Assembly: GCA_964016885.1 (NCBI GenBank) | Contig: OZ024741.1 | Location: 113,026,001-113,090,000 of the forward strand | Direction: 5' to 3' | Origin: Eledone cirrhosa | Lineage: Eukaryota | DNA: 64,000 nucleotides | In this document: in pieces, positions 35,910-49,845 of the stretch | Position numbering within the stretch: the stretch's first letter is position 1 | Layout: each line of letters opens with the position of its first letter | Translations under genes and position numbers: made by a program | The notes under the pieces: model-generated | Told to the model about the DNA's origin: nothing | What the model saw: the letters and a program-made list of their open reading frames with translations, nothing else | Database searches by the model: none

Positions 35910-36262
35910 TACGATATTAAACAAATGGAAACTATATTTATAAAACCATATTTATTTCATTATATATATTTCAGGGATACCATATTAAAAATATGGTATG
36001 CCATCCTCAGACAAAATACAATATATAAACCGTTTTATAAATAAATTTGACATACCTAGAACAGTGCAACTTCCATTTAAAAATCAACTTTTTAAATGGA
36101 AGTTGCACTGTTCTAGGTATGTCAAATTTATTTATAAAACGATTTATATATTGTATTTTGTCTGAGGATGGCATACCATATTTTTAATATGGTATCCCTG
36201 AAATATATATAATGAAATAAATATGGTTTTATAAATATAGTTTCCATTTGTTTAATATCGTA
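35910..36262. repeat. Near-perfect palindrome (~174-bp arms, 5-nt spacer), each arm with a hammerhead; inverted Penelope-like pLTR pair
   Basis: Centre tttaaaaa-tcaac-tttttaaa; right arm tattttgt-CTGAGGA-tggcataccata..tatggtatccct-GAAA-tatata-TA-atgaaata. Confidence 0.85.
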
Positions 36263-36475
36263 AACCTACTCCAAAATCTGTTGAGTGCTTTTATATCAGT
36301 TATAAAATATTTACTCGTTGTAACCCTACAATTTTAAATAAAACTTTTGCATATGTGTATATGCATATAGCCCATGCTAGCGTGGAAGATAGATGTTAAA
36401 TGATGATGATGATGAAATAAATTATATATCATCATCATCATCGTTTAACGTCCATGCTTGCATGGGTTTGAACTG

Positions 36476-36506
<31 letters not shown>

Positions 36507-37779
36507 GGACTCTTCAGAAAGACTTGACACCCTCACCTCTGAACTCCGTAGAATGTCAGATTGTATGTAAGCATGATGCAGACCACCCACCGAGCATGTC
36601 TGTAGCCTTGCTTCAGTACTGACATGGTTTTGATAGACCCATTCATCTCTTGCTAGTAGGGAGCACAGACATTAAACAATGATGTTAATGATGATGATAT
36701 AGGTTTAGCTGTGCAAATGGTAGAAACAAATTCCAATACATGTCTAGAGTGATGTGTATATATACATGTATTCACTTATACACTTATACACATATATATT
36801 TATATATTATTCAAGCGATACAGACGAGGTAATATGATGAAAGAAATATTTGAGTAAAATGAAAGAGAATATTTCATTACAAATGTCACCTCTCCAGATA
36901 ACTAAGTTCTCACAAAACTTGGCACTCTGATGGTAGCTGATTGAAAAGTAACTGCAAACATGATACCACCATTTCAATGAATGTAAAAAATTCCCTGTGA
37001 AGAATATATAATATTTTGTGTAGGATAATAATGTAATGGTAAAAAAAATATTTCTTTTCAATCTATAATTAGTATTTAGTTTTCCAAGCTGATTTCTGCA
37101 ATCTTTGGTTTTTGTTTGGAATATTTGCCAACTATATTATAACATTCTTTAACCAGTTACCATATTTTGGTAGCAATAGTACTCATCATCATCATCATCA
37201 TCATCACTGTTTAACATCTATTTTCCATGCTAGCATAGGTTAGATGATCTGTCCATTGTGAGACAAGCCAGATCGGATGACTGTGTATTGCTCATACAGA
37301 ACTGATTTCAGCTTGGTTTCTATGGCTGGATGCCCTTATTAATTCCAACCACACTTACAGTGTGTATTGGGTGCTTTTTATCATGATACTTACATGAACA
37401 CTTTACAGTGTGGACTGGGTGATTTGTCGTGACACTTACATGACCAATTAACAGTGTGGACTGGATGCTTTTTAGTGTGACATCTACATGACCACTTTTC
37501 ATTGTGAGCTGGGAACTTTTGGGAAGTGGTAATTACATAGATATTGTTCTATCTGGGAAGGGTCATGTTTTCCTAATACAGCTAAACAATAGTAAAACAC
37601 ACTGGTTTGATTTTCATTTCAGTATGTTTGTATAAATAATTTAGCTTGCAATCAATGTTTATCCTTGATTGACCAGCAGTTAAAAATATAAGTATAATTT
37701 ATCAAAGTTCTTTTGTCACACATTTCTGTGAAATCTTCAGTGATTATCATATATATATATATATATGGCAAAAACTGTT

Positions 37780-38250
37780 AACATCAAAAGGTTTCTTTCT
37801 ACACACAGAAGGATGACAGTATGATGTCTGTGTGCAAAGTGCAATACTGCATGGTAGTAGAATATGGGAAGTGACAGCAGAAGACATGTATAGACTGGAG
37901 AGAAATGATGCAGCCATGCTTCATTGGATGTGCTATGTAAATAAATGCAAGAGAAAAGCAGAACTTAGATAAACTAGAGGAGATGCTGGGTTTAAGTGGA
38001 ATCCAAAATGGTGTGCAGGAGAGAAGATTACATTGGTATGGACATGTGATGCACATAGAAGATGATCGATGGATGAATAAGTGCCAGGAAATGCCAGTGG
38101 AAGGAAGCCGCAGTAGAGGTAGACCAAGAAAGACCTGGGCAGAGTGATGAGTGCTGACATCGAATCACTGAGACTCACATAGGAAATGACAAAGAATCAT
38201 GTGCTGTAAAGAAACCATCCACCCCATACAATCATGGAAAAACAGGAATA
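37780..38250 (+). mobile_element. Degenerate RTE 3' fragment
   Basis: LERNDAAML.WM, VQERRLHWYGHVM and RGRPRKTW motifs. Confidence 0.8.
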
Positions 38251-39292
38251 AAAAGGAACATGATGGTCATCAAATTGTGATAATTAGGTAGAAAGAGCAG
38301 ATTTGAGAATGTTTCTTATCAATGATGAAATAGTATCGTTCCAGCCAGTGAAATACATGACTAGTGTAGCAGATTTATGGATACAATTAAGTGAGAATTT
38401 GTCCACATAAAAATGTTTGTTAGTAGCTTTTTGAAAAATATTTAAGGCTGTGTTAATGAATGTTTTATAATATATGTTATGTTATATTATATTCAATTTG
38501 AAGACAGCTTTTGTACTAAGTCAAAATTATCTCCTACTTCATTTCTCCCTATCATTTGCATATCCTCTGTATTTCCTACCCGTGTTTCTCTTTAATGCAC
38601 AAAGTTATCATAAAGTAGGCCTTTTATTCATACAGAGAAACATTTTGTCATCAACAGAGGTAGTAGCTCCTTGAACTTTTTTTTATCCTCTTCTTATTCT
38701 AGCTGCTATGTTATCACAGCCACCTCTGCCACTGTTAATTAGACCATCTAGGTAGCAGAAGATATCAAGCACTTCTATGGATCCTTCGTTGGATAGGACA
38801 ATGATAGTCATATGCTGGTTGTTGATGAGAGCATGGTTAAGTATTTAAATCTTCAGTTTAATTCTAGGTCAGATTTGTCTCTCAATTCTAGAACAACACA
38901 CAGATTAAATCAATATCATACTTATTCTCTTGCTTCACTCTTGTATTAGAAGTCTCATTTAAATTTGGGAAGTAACATTCATCCTTAGACATTTATTAAG
39001 AAAAGCTCGTGCACAGGCATGCATCTTTTTATAAATACATAAAAATATTTATGCAGCGATTCAATAGCTGAATGGATTACATTCTAGAATCTAGGATCAT
39101 ATTACAAATATCGAACATATAGAATTAGTAATTCCCATTCTACTACAAGTGGTTTATTGGCATTAAAATAAGGCAATTAAGTCTCCTCAATTTTGTTTAT
39201 TTAGCTGATAAGTTAATCTGTCCTGTGGTAACATTTGTTTATCATCCATTTAACATCGCAAAAATACTTTGTTATTTGAGAAAGGATTAAAG

Positions 39293-39373
<81 letters not shown>

Positions 39374-39391
39374 ATATATATATATTTCTTT

Positions 39392-39430
<39 letters not shown>

Positions 39431-39443
39431 TAGATAGATACGT

Positions 39444-39499
<56 letters not shown>

Positions 39500-40961
39500 G
39501 ATTCACACTTATATCAATACTTAATGCATAACATTGAGAAATAGTATTTTAAATCTAATTTATAACATAAATCTGTAGCACACATTTATATGAATAAATA
39601 GTTCACACGTATACACAAATACCCAATATTCTATAGTGAAAAACAAGATATTTTAAACCTCTTTTACAATCATATTACATTGTTTGAAATTTCTCAAACA
39701 ACATATAAATTGGGGAGGCAAATATTTACATATGTCACAACTATAGCTACTGAAATATAGAGCAAAGAGAGAAAGATTGTTAAAAGGAATACAATTTGAT
39801 GTTTGCTGTAATATAAAATATAACAGCTGTATTATACGTTCTGAGTGTATTTGCAAATTCAGTTCATTTCCATGTATTTACAAAGATTAACAAGCATAAG
39901 AATGTAGTGTAATGGTGAGACAGATATATATATCCTGTTTTATGCAACATAATTCTGAGTTCAATTCTTGTTACAGTTGACTTTACTTTTCATATTTTGG
40001 GGGCAATCAATTTCTTTGGTATATTGCTTTCCTCTTTACAAATGGACACCGGCCAATAACAACAACAACAAAAATGAAATAAAATAAAGGAGTGAACCTA
40101 AATTCAGATTGGAGAAGGAAATTATGTTTCTACTGGTCTTTCCATTGCTGATATTATCTCTTGGCTGCAACTTCTGACTGGCAGAAGTATCACCATTTTT
40201 TCTTTTACAGGAGGGAGAATTTGAACTCAGAACACAGTCAGGAAAGATACAACAAATCATCCTCTCTAAGACTTTAACAATTCTGCCAGCCCAATGCCTC
40301 CTGAGTGGTCTCTTGAATGGATAAAAGGTAGAGAGTTGATTTTGGCAGAATTTAAACCCAGTGCATGAAGAGTTAAAACAAATCCTGAGGCATTTAATCT
40401 GCTGTTCTAAAGACTGCCAATTTTGCACCCCAACAAAGATTTAAAAAAAATGAAAAACGATAAAGGAAAATAGAACTATGTTAGAAGATGAGAGTTTTCT
40501 ATACTTAGAAAATATTATCCATCCTTTCATCATTGTTGATAACTTTACTTTTTGTTTTCAATTCTTTTCAATATCTACATTTGATCTTATTCTCTTTAAG
40601 AACATTTTTTACTGCACTACTATTACTATAAAGAAGACGTTAAAAACATATTGTACAGAAGTAAAGATATGCTTTGCTGTTTTCTTTTAACACAGACAAA
40701 ATAGTCAATGATCATTATATAGTTTTAACTTTCTAGTCAAAGTTAACATGTTAACAACTGTTGGAAGAATACATCAAATGAGCTAAAATTGCTGATTCCT
40801 TAGTGACCTTCATGTTTCCATTTCTTCAAATTGTTTTAACTCTTTCTTTTTTTCTTTCTCTCTTCCTCTCTTTTTCTTTATATATATATATGTATGATAG
40901 TGTGTATGTATGCGTATATATCTATATATCTATCTATCTATCTATATATATATATATATAT

Positions 40962-41679
40962 CATCATCATCATCATCATCTTCGTTTAACATCCACCTTC
41001 CACGCTAGCATGGGTTAGACGAGAGTTGTCCCATTTGAGGCAAGGTTGGTCGGGTGACCTTGTCTTGCTCATATAGGACTATCTGGCAGGTTTTCTACGG
41101 CTGGATTCCCTTCCTAACACCAACCACATTTACAGAGTGGCACTGGGAACTTTTTACCGTATTACCTACACGCCTACATTACAGCGTGGACTGTGTGTTT
41201 TTTTTTTGTCATGACACCTACACGATCTCGATCTCATTATCTTATTTATTTGGACTGGATGTTGTAGTACCAACTTTACAGAGAGAGGGTTGTGTTAGTG
41301 GGAGGGTAGAGTAGGGGTAGTGGATTGGGGTGTATATTTGGTTAAGAGGTGCCTACCGACTGTAGGTTTCACTTTGTACATAGGCAAGGCGGGTCTTCTG
41401 TATTACTGCATAGCTCCAAAGATCTCGGTCCAGTGACATTGTCTTAGAGAGATGCAAGTGTGTAAAGTCGGAATTTATCAAATCTTCCCAGGTTTTTCTG
41501 AAACTACCATCAATTTTGATCGCCCTGCACTTTTTTATACAGCTGTCGTCTTTCATGCGCATCACGTGACTATACCAACGTAGTCTTCTCTCAAGTAAAC
41601 AGCATCTGATCCCTCTTATTCCTAATTTCTCACTTAGACATTTATGCTTTGCCGTTCACGTATACTATTACACATCCAA
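40962..41679 (-). mobile_element. RTE 3' fragment related to family B
   Basis: MRMKDDSCIKKCRAIKIDG...; 3'UTR and (GAT)n tail next to (TA)n. Confidence 0.88.
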
Positions 41680-41849
41680 TAATAATAAAATAATAAAAAG
41701 GACGATTTGTTATGTCTTCATTACATTTATTGTGTAGTGACGCGCTTTTCACTATAAGGTTCAATCTGTATCAACTCTGGAATCAAAAGCTCCTCAGAAT
41801 TCTGTTTAGTACCACATCTGTATACTTACTGGAAACTACACATCGACTA

Positions 41850-43375
41850 TCAAGCTCTCCTACAGCACCACACCTAACTTCGCACAAAACATCGTCTCCT
41901 CAAACAACAAAAAACTCAGCGCCTATGGAAGAACCAGCCTAGACATTAGTGGAGAGCCGACCATGAGGTGTAACTGCCCTGATAGATCTACGTGCCTCCT
42001 CAACAACAAATGCCGAGAACGTAACATGATCTACCAGTGCAATATAAGGACGGACACCTCCAACAAAGCTTATATAGGATTAACCGCTTGTGACTTTAAG
42101 ACCCGGCTCTACCAACACCGACATATGTTCTGAAACCCGGTCCGGCGACATGCCACCACACTTTCGGGCCACATCTGGGACCTCCAAGATAATAATATAA
42201 CTTACAATCTTACTTGGAGCTTACTGTCCAGAGCTAACTCTTACACGGGAGGACGCCGTCCGTGTAACTTATGCTCGGAGGAAACATTACAAATGCTGTT
42301 TACGAAGGATCAACTCCTAAAAAAAAAGACGAACTGGTAACTGCATGCAAACACAGATTGCGTAAGACTTACCTCGCCCTCAAACCCCCTAACGATCCGG
42401 GTGGGTAGACAAGGGCTGAAACACCCCACTTGCCGAATAAGATAGGGGAACTCCAGCTTACATAGGTAGATGTACCTCTTTTTTTTCCCTCTATGTTTTC
42501 TTCTTCCCTTTGTCTCCTCCTATCACCTCCTTCCACTACCGATCTTCTTCCTCGCTCTTTTTTTCCCCTTTCGCCTACCCCAAAGCAGCCCATCGGGCCT
42601 CTGTAGCCTCAGTACCTCCACCCCAGTAACTTAAAGATAGCATTGGCCGAATACGCTATACTAACTAATCATAGCAGCTGTGTTAGACCCCAGAGATTTT
42701 GTATTACTTTTTACTACCCAATTCTACAATTACTACCCAATTCTACAAATTCTTATTTATTCTATTCTCATCTCATTCTATAGCATTGGTCGAAAAAGCA
42801 ACACCAACTAAATATAGCTGCTGTTTTAGACTCTATAGTTTTTGTTTTTTATCACTTCTCACTATCCAATTTTATATTTTTATATATCTTTCTTTTATTT
42901 TTGTTTCATTTTTTTATTGTCTCCTAATCTCAATTGATTTACCTATTCTATAACGTCCCTCCTCTATTTTCTCCAGAAACCTTTTTTAGCCTACATCCTC
43001 TGGCCTACTTTCATACACAATCTTTAGAATTTGCGGTATAGATTTCACTTTCAACGCTTGACCGGCTCCATCAACTCCCTCATTGTTCTACAGGCAAGTT
43101 CAGTCACCCCCACCGCGTACCCACTGCCATGATAGACTTATTTGTGTTTACAACACATTTTGACTAATAATCTTGACAACTACAATCTTCCCATATAAGG
43201 AAGTACCTCTTGAAAAGTTCGGCTATTTATTTACCAGACTAAAAATTCTAATTTAGTCCAGAAATAGCCGTCGAAACGGCTTGAGCTCTGCTGTTGGGGT
43301 CATACTTTTTCCTATTACCCACTCTACTACCCTAAGTATTGAGTACTCTGGTTCCTTACCACAACTCCTTCGCTA
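41850..43375 (+). mobile_element. Penelope-like element remnant: GIY-YIG endonuclease plus pLTR with a degenerate hammerhead
   Basis: 41965-42320 reads RCNCPDRSTCLLNNKCRERNMIYQC..AYIGLT..DFKTRLYQH...TLSGHIW...CNLC.EE; hammerhead fold at 43205-43300. Confidence 0.8.
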
Positions 43376-43424
43376 TATATATATATATATATTTATATAT
43401 GTTGATTGTCTGTTCAAAACAAAG

Positions 43425-43900
43425 TTTGACCACTCCTGTGTACATGATGCTCAGTTGTGGTATGAGATTGTATGTGGCCTTTTAGACCAGACATTTTTTA
43501 AAAAGCCGTCCACATAAATTGCATTTTAGTTTTGGTGCAGCTTGGACTGACTGTGAATCATGATGACCTCTCTGAGATTTGTAAATCTTGTGGCATATGT
43601 GGCATTGATAAGGGTGAACTGGTTTGTATGTTCTATAGTCAGTAGGGAGTGATCTGTTGTGTTCTCTTATGTGAGATTGAAGTTCAGCAGATTCTGCCAC
43701 AAATTGTACAAGTAGAGAAAATTCCATTAATTGTATGTTCCCCCTCGTGGGTGTTTTTGTTTTTTTCGTATATTCATCTTAATATTTACTTTCATTAGCC
43801 TGTTTTCACCAGATTTCATTTTCCAGATTTCTGGAGCCAATTCCTATATTTTTTAAGTTCCCCTTCAATGCCTCTTTGAACCTCTTCTTTGACTTACTAT
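43425..43900 (-). mobile_element. LINE C-terminal remnant (RTE/BovB-like) with C2H2 zinc fingers
   Basis: KSKKRFKEALKGNLK then YQCHICHKIYKSQRGH and LKCNLCGRLFKK/SGLKGHIQSH across a frameshift. Confidence 0.6.
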
Positions 43901-43940
43901 GATTTATTTTTCTCCAAGTAAGTTGAATGCATATGTATGG

Positions 43941-43996
<56 letters not shown>

Positions 43997-44434
43997 ATGT
44001 ATGTATATATACATATTTATGTTTCTATATATTTCTCATACGACGATCTCTCTCCCTCCTTCTCATGTTTCTGCCTATCTACCTGTCATTCTACGGTTTG
44101 CCTCTCATTTAATCTTCCCTTGCTTGCCTCCAAAGTGAGTCGGTTTTATATGCTATGGACTCATTTAATTGTTAAATCAGTTCACAGCCATTTATAGATT
44201 CAATTTTCACACTTTGGGCTCATCATCATCATCATCATCATCATCATCGTTTAACGTCTATCTTCCACGCTAGCATGGGTTTAGCCGGGAATTGTCCCAT
44301 GTGAGGCAAGATTGCAAATCCTTAATTCTAATACAGAAAGCATACACACACACCCCCTCATCTGCAAAAATCCACCTTCTCCCACCAAAATTCCGAATTA
44401 GCACCATTAGCATGAGCACAATGAAAGGCAACGA

Positions 44435-44740
44435 AAAAGTTTGTGTTGTCTGGTATTTATTCATTTATTTTCTTCTCATCATTTTGGGACTTAAAATTCC
44501 CTTCCTCAGATTATGGAGATCTCTCAGAGCAAAACATTCTGGTCTTATCATATTGAAGTTTGATTTGAATTTAAAATTGAAAAACTGCTTTGTAAATTTT
44601 AAATTTTAAACGAACTTCAAAGCGATAAAACACTTTGCTCTAAGAGTTCCCCATAATCCGAGGAAGGGATTTTGAAGTCCGAAAATATTAGGATGAAAGA
44701 ATAAAAAAAAGAAAAAGAAATACCAGGTGACAAACTTTTT
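44435..44740. repeat. Diverged long inverted repeat (old MITE or fold-back)
   Basis: ggacttaaaattcccttcctcagattatgg..ctc.cagagcaaa vs tttgctctaagag..ccataatccgaggaagggattttgaagtcc; centre ~44587. Confidence 0.8.
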
Positions 44741-44858
44741 TGGTGACTTCATTTTACCATCAATTTTGCATTGTCTTTGCCTTCTTAAACATATCATTTT
44801 TACATTATATACAATGCTTCCAGCAAACTACAACACTTCATCATCATATATATATATA

Positions 44859-44960
<102 letters not shown>

Positions 44961-45614
44961 ATATATGTATATATATTTATGTATATGCAGGAATTTGCTA
45001 TTGAAACAGTAAGAGATCAGCTATCAGGCACCGACTCTCTAATATATTTACACTATATTATTTCAAGTATCGAGTACTCTGCTAAAGCTCTTACTAGTTT
45101 AAAACTGGTATAATTATAATCTCTCTCTATATATATATATAGGAGGATCCTTTAGTTATGTGGAGGACATAACATCTTCCCTAGTGCTGGTGGTTTAGAC
45201 TATAGAAGCACCCATTACATCCTGGGTTGGGGTTAGGAAGCACATTAACCATAGAAAGCTTGCCATACAAGGGGTTAGAAGACTCCTTTAGTTCATGTCA
45301 AAAGAAACGACAATTTCTCCTATTATGAGTATATAACTATAATTGCGCAAACACAAACTTATAAAAATACACCCTTACGGATATTCACGCAAATACACAT
45401 ACATTCACACATACTTTCACACAACATACATACATTCACGCATATACATTTACACAAACACACACATACAGTCATGATAGTGTCCGGGGAATTGGAAATG
45501 GGAGGGTAAAACAAGTATAACGTTTTATTTATTTATTAACTCTTTATTTATTCATTAACTCTTTTTTTTTAAACTCATTTAATATAATGTTTACAGAACG
45601 AAAACACTAACAAA

Positions 45615-45797
45615 TATAATTGTTTCTACTTTTGGCACAAGGCCAGCAATTATCCCAGTGTATTACTGGTACTTTATTTTTTTGACCCCGTAAGGATGAA
45701 AGGCAAAGTTAACCTCGACAGGATTTGAACGCAGACCGTAATGGGACGTAACTATACTGGGAAGCATGGCATCCGACCCTCTACCATTACTGCCAAT
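45615..45797 (-). mobile_element. SINE family B
   Basis: Matches 16940-17126. Confidence 0.87.
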
Positions 45798-45970
45798 TCA
45801 ATATAATATATACAAAGGAAAGGAAAAGGTAAAAAAAAGAGAAAAAATACACAAGCACGTAATAAACACATCTTAGACCACATAGAACAAAATGCAGATG
45901 AAAAAGTGGAAAAATGAGCCGCTACGAGAGCAAAAGATAGAAATATAGCGAGGAGCACTGGGAAACCTCT

Positions 45971-46420
45971 CTAATAATTTTTGAGGCAGGTCAGCACGCT
46001 CGCAGTGTTACCTAGGGTGATGGCGACGCTGAGGTGCTGGAACAACCAAGTGCCCTTACGATCATCACCAGTTACCTCTGTTTGACAAACCGCCAGTGAA
46101 GATAAGAATCTTGCTGTCAGTAGCCCGACTCCCCCAAACGTCTCAAATGCCACAGGCTGGATAATGTAGTTAGCTGACAGAACATGGTATTTTAGGATTT
46201 TGTTCAGCTGTGGATGCTGTAGCTCTTGCCCTTACCACTGCATCCAGAATGTGGGAAGAAGCAAAAGAGTCACTAACTGTGACGTCCCAGGTAAGGCACC
46301 TGCCTCTTGACCAGGAGCACAGAGTAAGACCGTCAAGTCTTTTCCCAACGATTCAGGACAACCCAGATGATTCCAAAATTGAGGTGATGTTTGCCCGGGC
46401 CAAAGCTCTTAAGTGGTAAT
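45971..46420 (-). mobile_element. CRE-clade-like non-LTR retrotransposon RLE fragment
   Basis: VGKRLDGLTLCSWSRGRCLTWDVTV...PVAFETFGGVG...FL...TGD...LFQHLSVAITLGN resembles the CRE C-terminal pattern RPDG..W..G..WDVT..ETLG..QRLS.A.QRGN. Confidence 0.7.
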
Positions 46421-46679
46421 AGGACAGTGTGTGTATGTGAGTTTGTCGGCGTTCTTAAATTAGAGACACCTGTGTGTGTGTCACTGTTTTTAAGTTAGAC
46501 ATATATGTATGTATCCTTTTCCTTCCTTTTACACATACATACATTCACACAAACACATACACATTGTGTGGTGGTTGGGTAGACAGAAGTCCCTCAAATT
46601 TATATACATGTGAATGGAGTTCTACTGAAGCAGTTAGAGAAATTCAAGTAACTTGGAGCCATGTTCATGAGTCATGGAA

Positions 46680-47243
46680 TGCAGGAGGCTGAATTAAGTG
46701 CAAGAATTGCAAAAGCTGATGCAGTAATGCGCCAGCCTCAGCATTCAGCAATCAGATCTTCCTGGTATTCCTGCTGTCTTCCTGGTATTCCTGCCAACTC
46801 TTATCGAGGATCATGAATCTTGAGTAATGACCAAAAGAATACAATTGCAAATAAAAGTGGCAGAAATGGGATTCCTCCGAAGGGTCTTTGGAGTAACATT
46901 ACTTGATAAAGTGCATAACTCAGAGACCAGAGAGTCACTCCTGGTAGAACCGCTACTTCTCCGAATTGAGAGATCACAACTCCGATATTATGAACATGTG
47001 GTTAGAATGTCTCAGTAAAGAATCGCTGGACACATTTTACAGGCAAAACCAACCGGCAAGAGACCCAGAGGTAGACCCTGGGCAAGATAGTTGGATAACA
47101 TCCATGAGCTTGGCTGGTCACACTTTGGGATCCAGCTGGATCAGTTAGAGATGTTTGCTTCTGACAGACTCACTGGAAAGAGTGTTTGAGAAAGACTCTG
47201 CCCCCACGACCCTCTCAGAAATAAGTGGGTGAAGAAGAAGATA
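46680..47243 (+). mobile_element. RTE (Expander/Rex3-like) 3' fragment
   Basis: AEMGFLRRVFGVTLLDKV..LLLRIERSQLRYY.HVVRM..RPRGRP; (GAA)n tail; shorter relative at 56410-56592. Confidence 0.8.
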
Positions 47244-47601
47244 ATAACAATTTACTTTTCAATTTACATATATCTATAAGCATATATATTGGCATATAAT
47301 ACCAATATGCACACTACATATGCGCCTGAAGGGCGGTTTTTCTGCTAGTGACCATAATGATTAATGTTTAAGCAAAGAATTTCTGCTTTTACCCAAAGGT
47401 GGATCTTCTGAAACTGAGAAAAATTAATCTGTACATGAAGAAATAAATATCTAAAAATGAATATATATATATACAAAGAGAGAGAGGGATATGTATATGT
47501 GTATAGAACAATAAAAAGAGAAGTCAGGTGTAGGTAGATAGTTCATTGTTTTACAATCAATATATATATATATGTATATATATATGTAAATGTATATATA
47601 A

Positions 47602-47707
<106 letters not shown>

Positions 47708-47887
47708 GCATATATATATATGTATATGTATATATATATATGTATATGTATATATATACATATGGGGGTGGCTGGCATCTTTTTGACTTGAAGCCTACTG
47801 GACCACTGTATATATATATGTATATATATATATATAAATATATATATATATGTATATGTATATATATGTATATATATGTATATTAAT

Positions 47888-48229
47888 GGAGGCACATGGC
47901 TTAGTGGTTAGAGCATTGGCTTTGCAATCGAAAGGTTGTGAGTTCAATTCTCAGACCGGGTGATGTGTTGTTTCCTTGAGCAAGACACTTTATTTCACAT
48001 TGCTCCAGTTTACTCAGCTGTAGAAATGAGATGCTCGGAGCTGAGGTCTCTATCATTCCACTGCAAAGTGGTAGTGGAGGTGCCACGGCAAAAAAGCACC
48101 CAGTACTCACTGTAAATGAGGTTGGTGTTAGGAAGGGCATCCAGCTGTAGAAATCAAGCCAGAATCAGTTGCCGTCCCACCCTTGCAAGCAGGGAAAAAG
48201 CGGACGTAAAATGAAATGATGATGATGAT
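47888..48229 (+). mobile_element. SINE family A
   Basis: Matches 1048-1423; in (TA)n. Confidence 0.9.
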
Positions 48230-49634
48230 ATATATATATGGGGGTGGCTGGGAGATTTTTGACGTGAAACCTACAGGACCACTGTACAATGTGGACTGGG
48301 CGTGTTTTGTCATAACACCAAAACAACCAGATTATAGTGTGGACTGTCAACATTGGTGGGGGGGGGGTGCATGGGGATTGGAGAGGTATATATCATGGCA
48401 TAGGGGAGGGGTGGGGTGTTAGGACGTGGGAGGTGTATGGATGGGTTGATGGAGGGGAAGGGAATTTGTACTAGATGTATACATACATATGTTTTTTTCT
48501 CTTTTTTCTTTTAATGTCATCTTTTTTTTTAAATGTGTATTATTGACATACTAGTATGTGTTAGTACTTTACTGACGTAAGTCTTAGTATCTAAATAAAA
48601 TAAATAACTGGAGATAGATAAATGGCCCAGATGAAAATAGATGTAGAATCTAACCACAAGAAAAGAATGACAATACAAAAAACTAAAATTCAAATATAAT
48701 ATTATGAAGATTCCTTTTACAATGTCAGTGCAAATGTCTCTTTTTTAAAAAAAAAAGTTATTTTGACATGACTTTAGATTTTCCTTTTCATTCACAAACT
48801 TCTAGACGAAGAGCAGTTTTAACACCTTCCTACAGCAACACCACCTTCAACAACAACTATAGTCACTCTTTCAATCTAGTAGTTCTCATTTCACAACTTG
48901 ATAGCTGGTGCTCAGTTTATTATGTTTTATATGTACACATACACATTCACATAGTATCCCTCCCATTCATACACACATGCTCCCATGCAAACATTCAGAT
49001 TGCAAACTACATATACTCAGACACACACACACATACAAACATACTCACTAAGATTTACCACAACATACGCTCATACACATTTAGATTAATACATACACTC
49101 AAAGAGACTGACACACTAACAGACATATATACCCACACATATATAATCTGCCACATGCATAGCCTGACATGCAAACATACACACACAGTCAGATTGACAT
49201 GCACACAAAGATTGATAAACACATACACTCAGACTAACTCTCTCTCTCTCACACACATACACACACTCTTATATTGATATGCATACATAACTTAAATTCT
49301 TTCACTCATACACACACCAACAAATTACCATAACTGTTTTATGTCAATTTTCCACACTTACATGTGTTTGACTGGTTGTTACACTCTAGGGTAAGACTAG
49401 TGAACCGACTGGATCTTGTTCATATGTCCCATTTTGGGATGGTTTTTACAGTTGGGCACCTTTCTTAATGCCATCTAACTCATTGCATATACCAGGTGTG
49501 TTTTCTCATGGTACCACCACTACTACAACATGACAGAGTTGACTGAGGTTTTTTCATGGCAACAGCACTACTATATTATAGTGTTTACTGGTGCATTTTA
49601 TCATGGCACCAGCACTACCACTTTACAGAGTGTA

Positions 49635-49676
<42 letters not shown>

Positions 49677-49778
49677 AACCAGTAAGACCCCGACAGCTGA
49701 GCTCAAGCCGTTTCGACGGCTAATTCTGGACCTATGGTCCACCTGGTTCCTACCACATTTCCTTCGTTATATATATAT

Positions 49779-49844
<66 letters not shown>

Positions 49845-49845
<1 letters not shown>

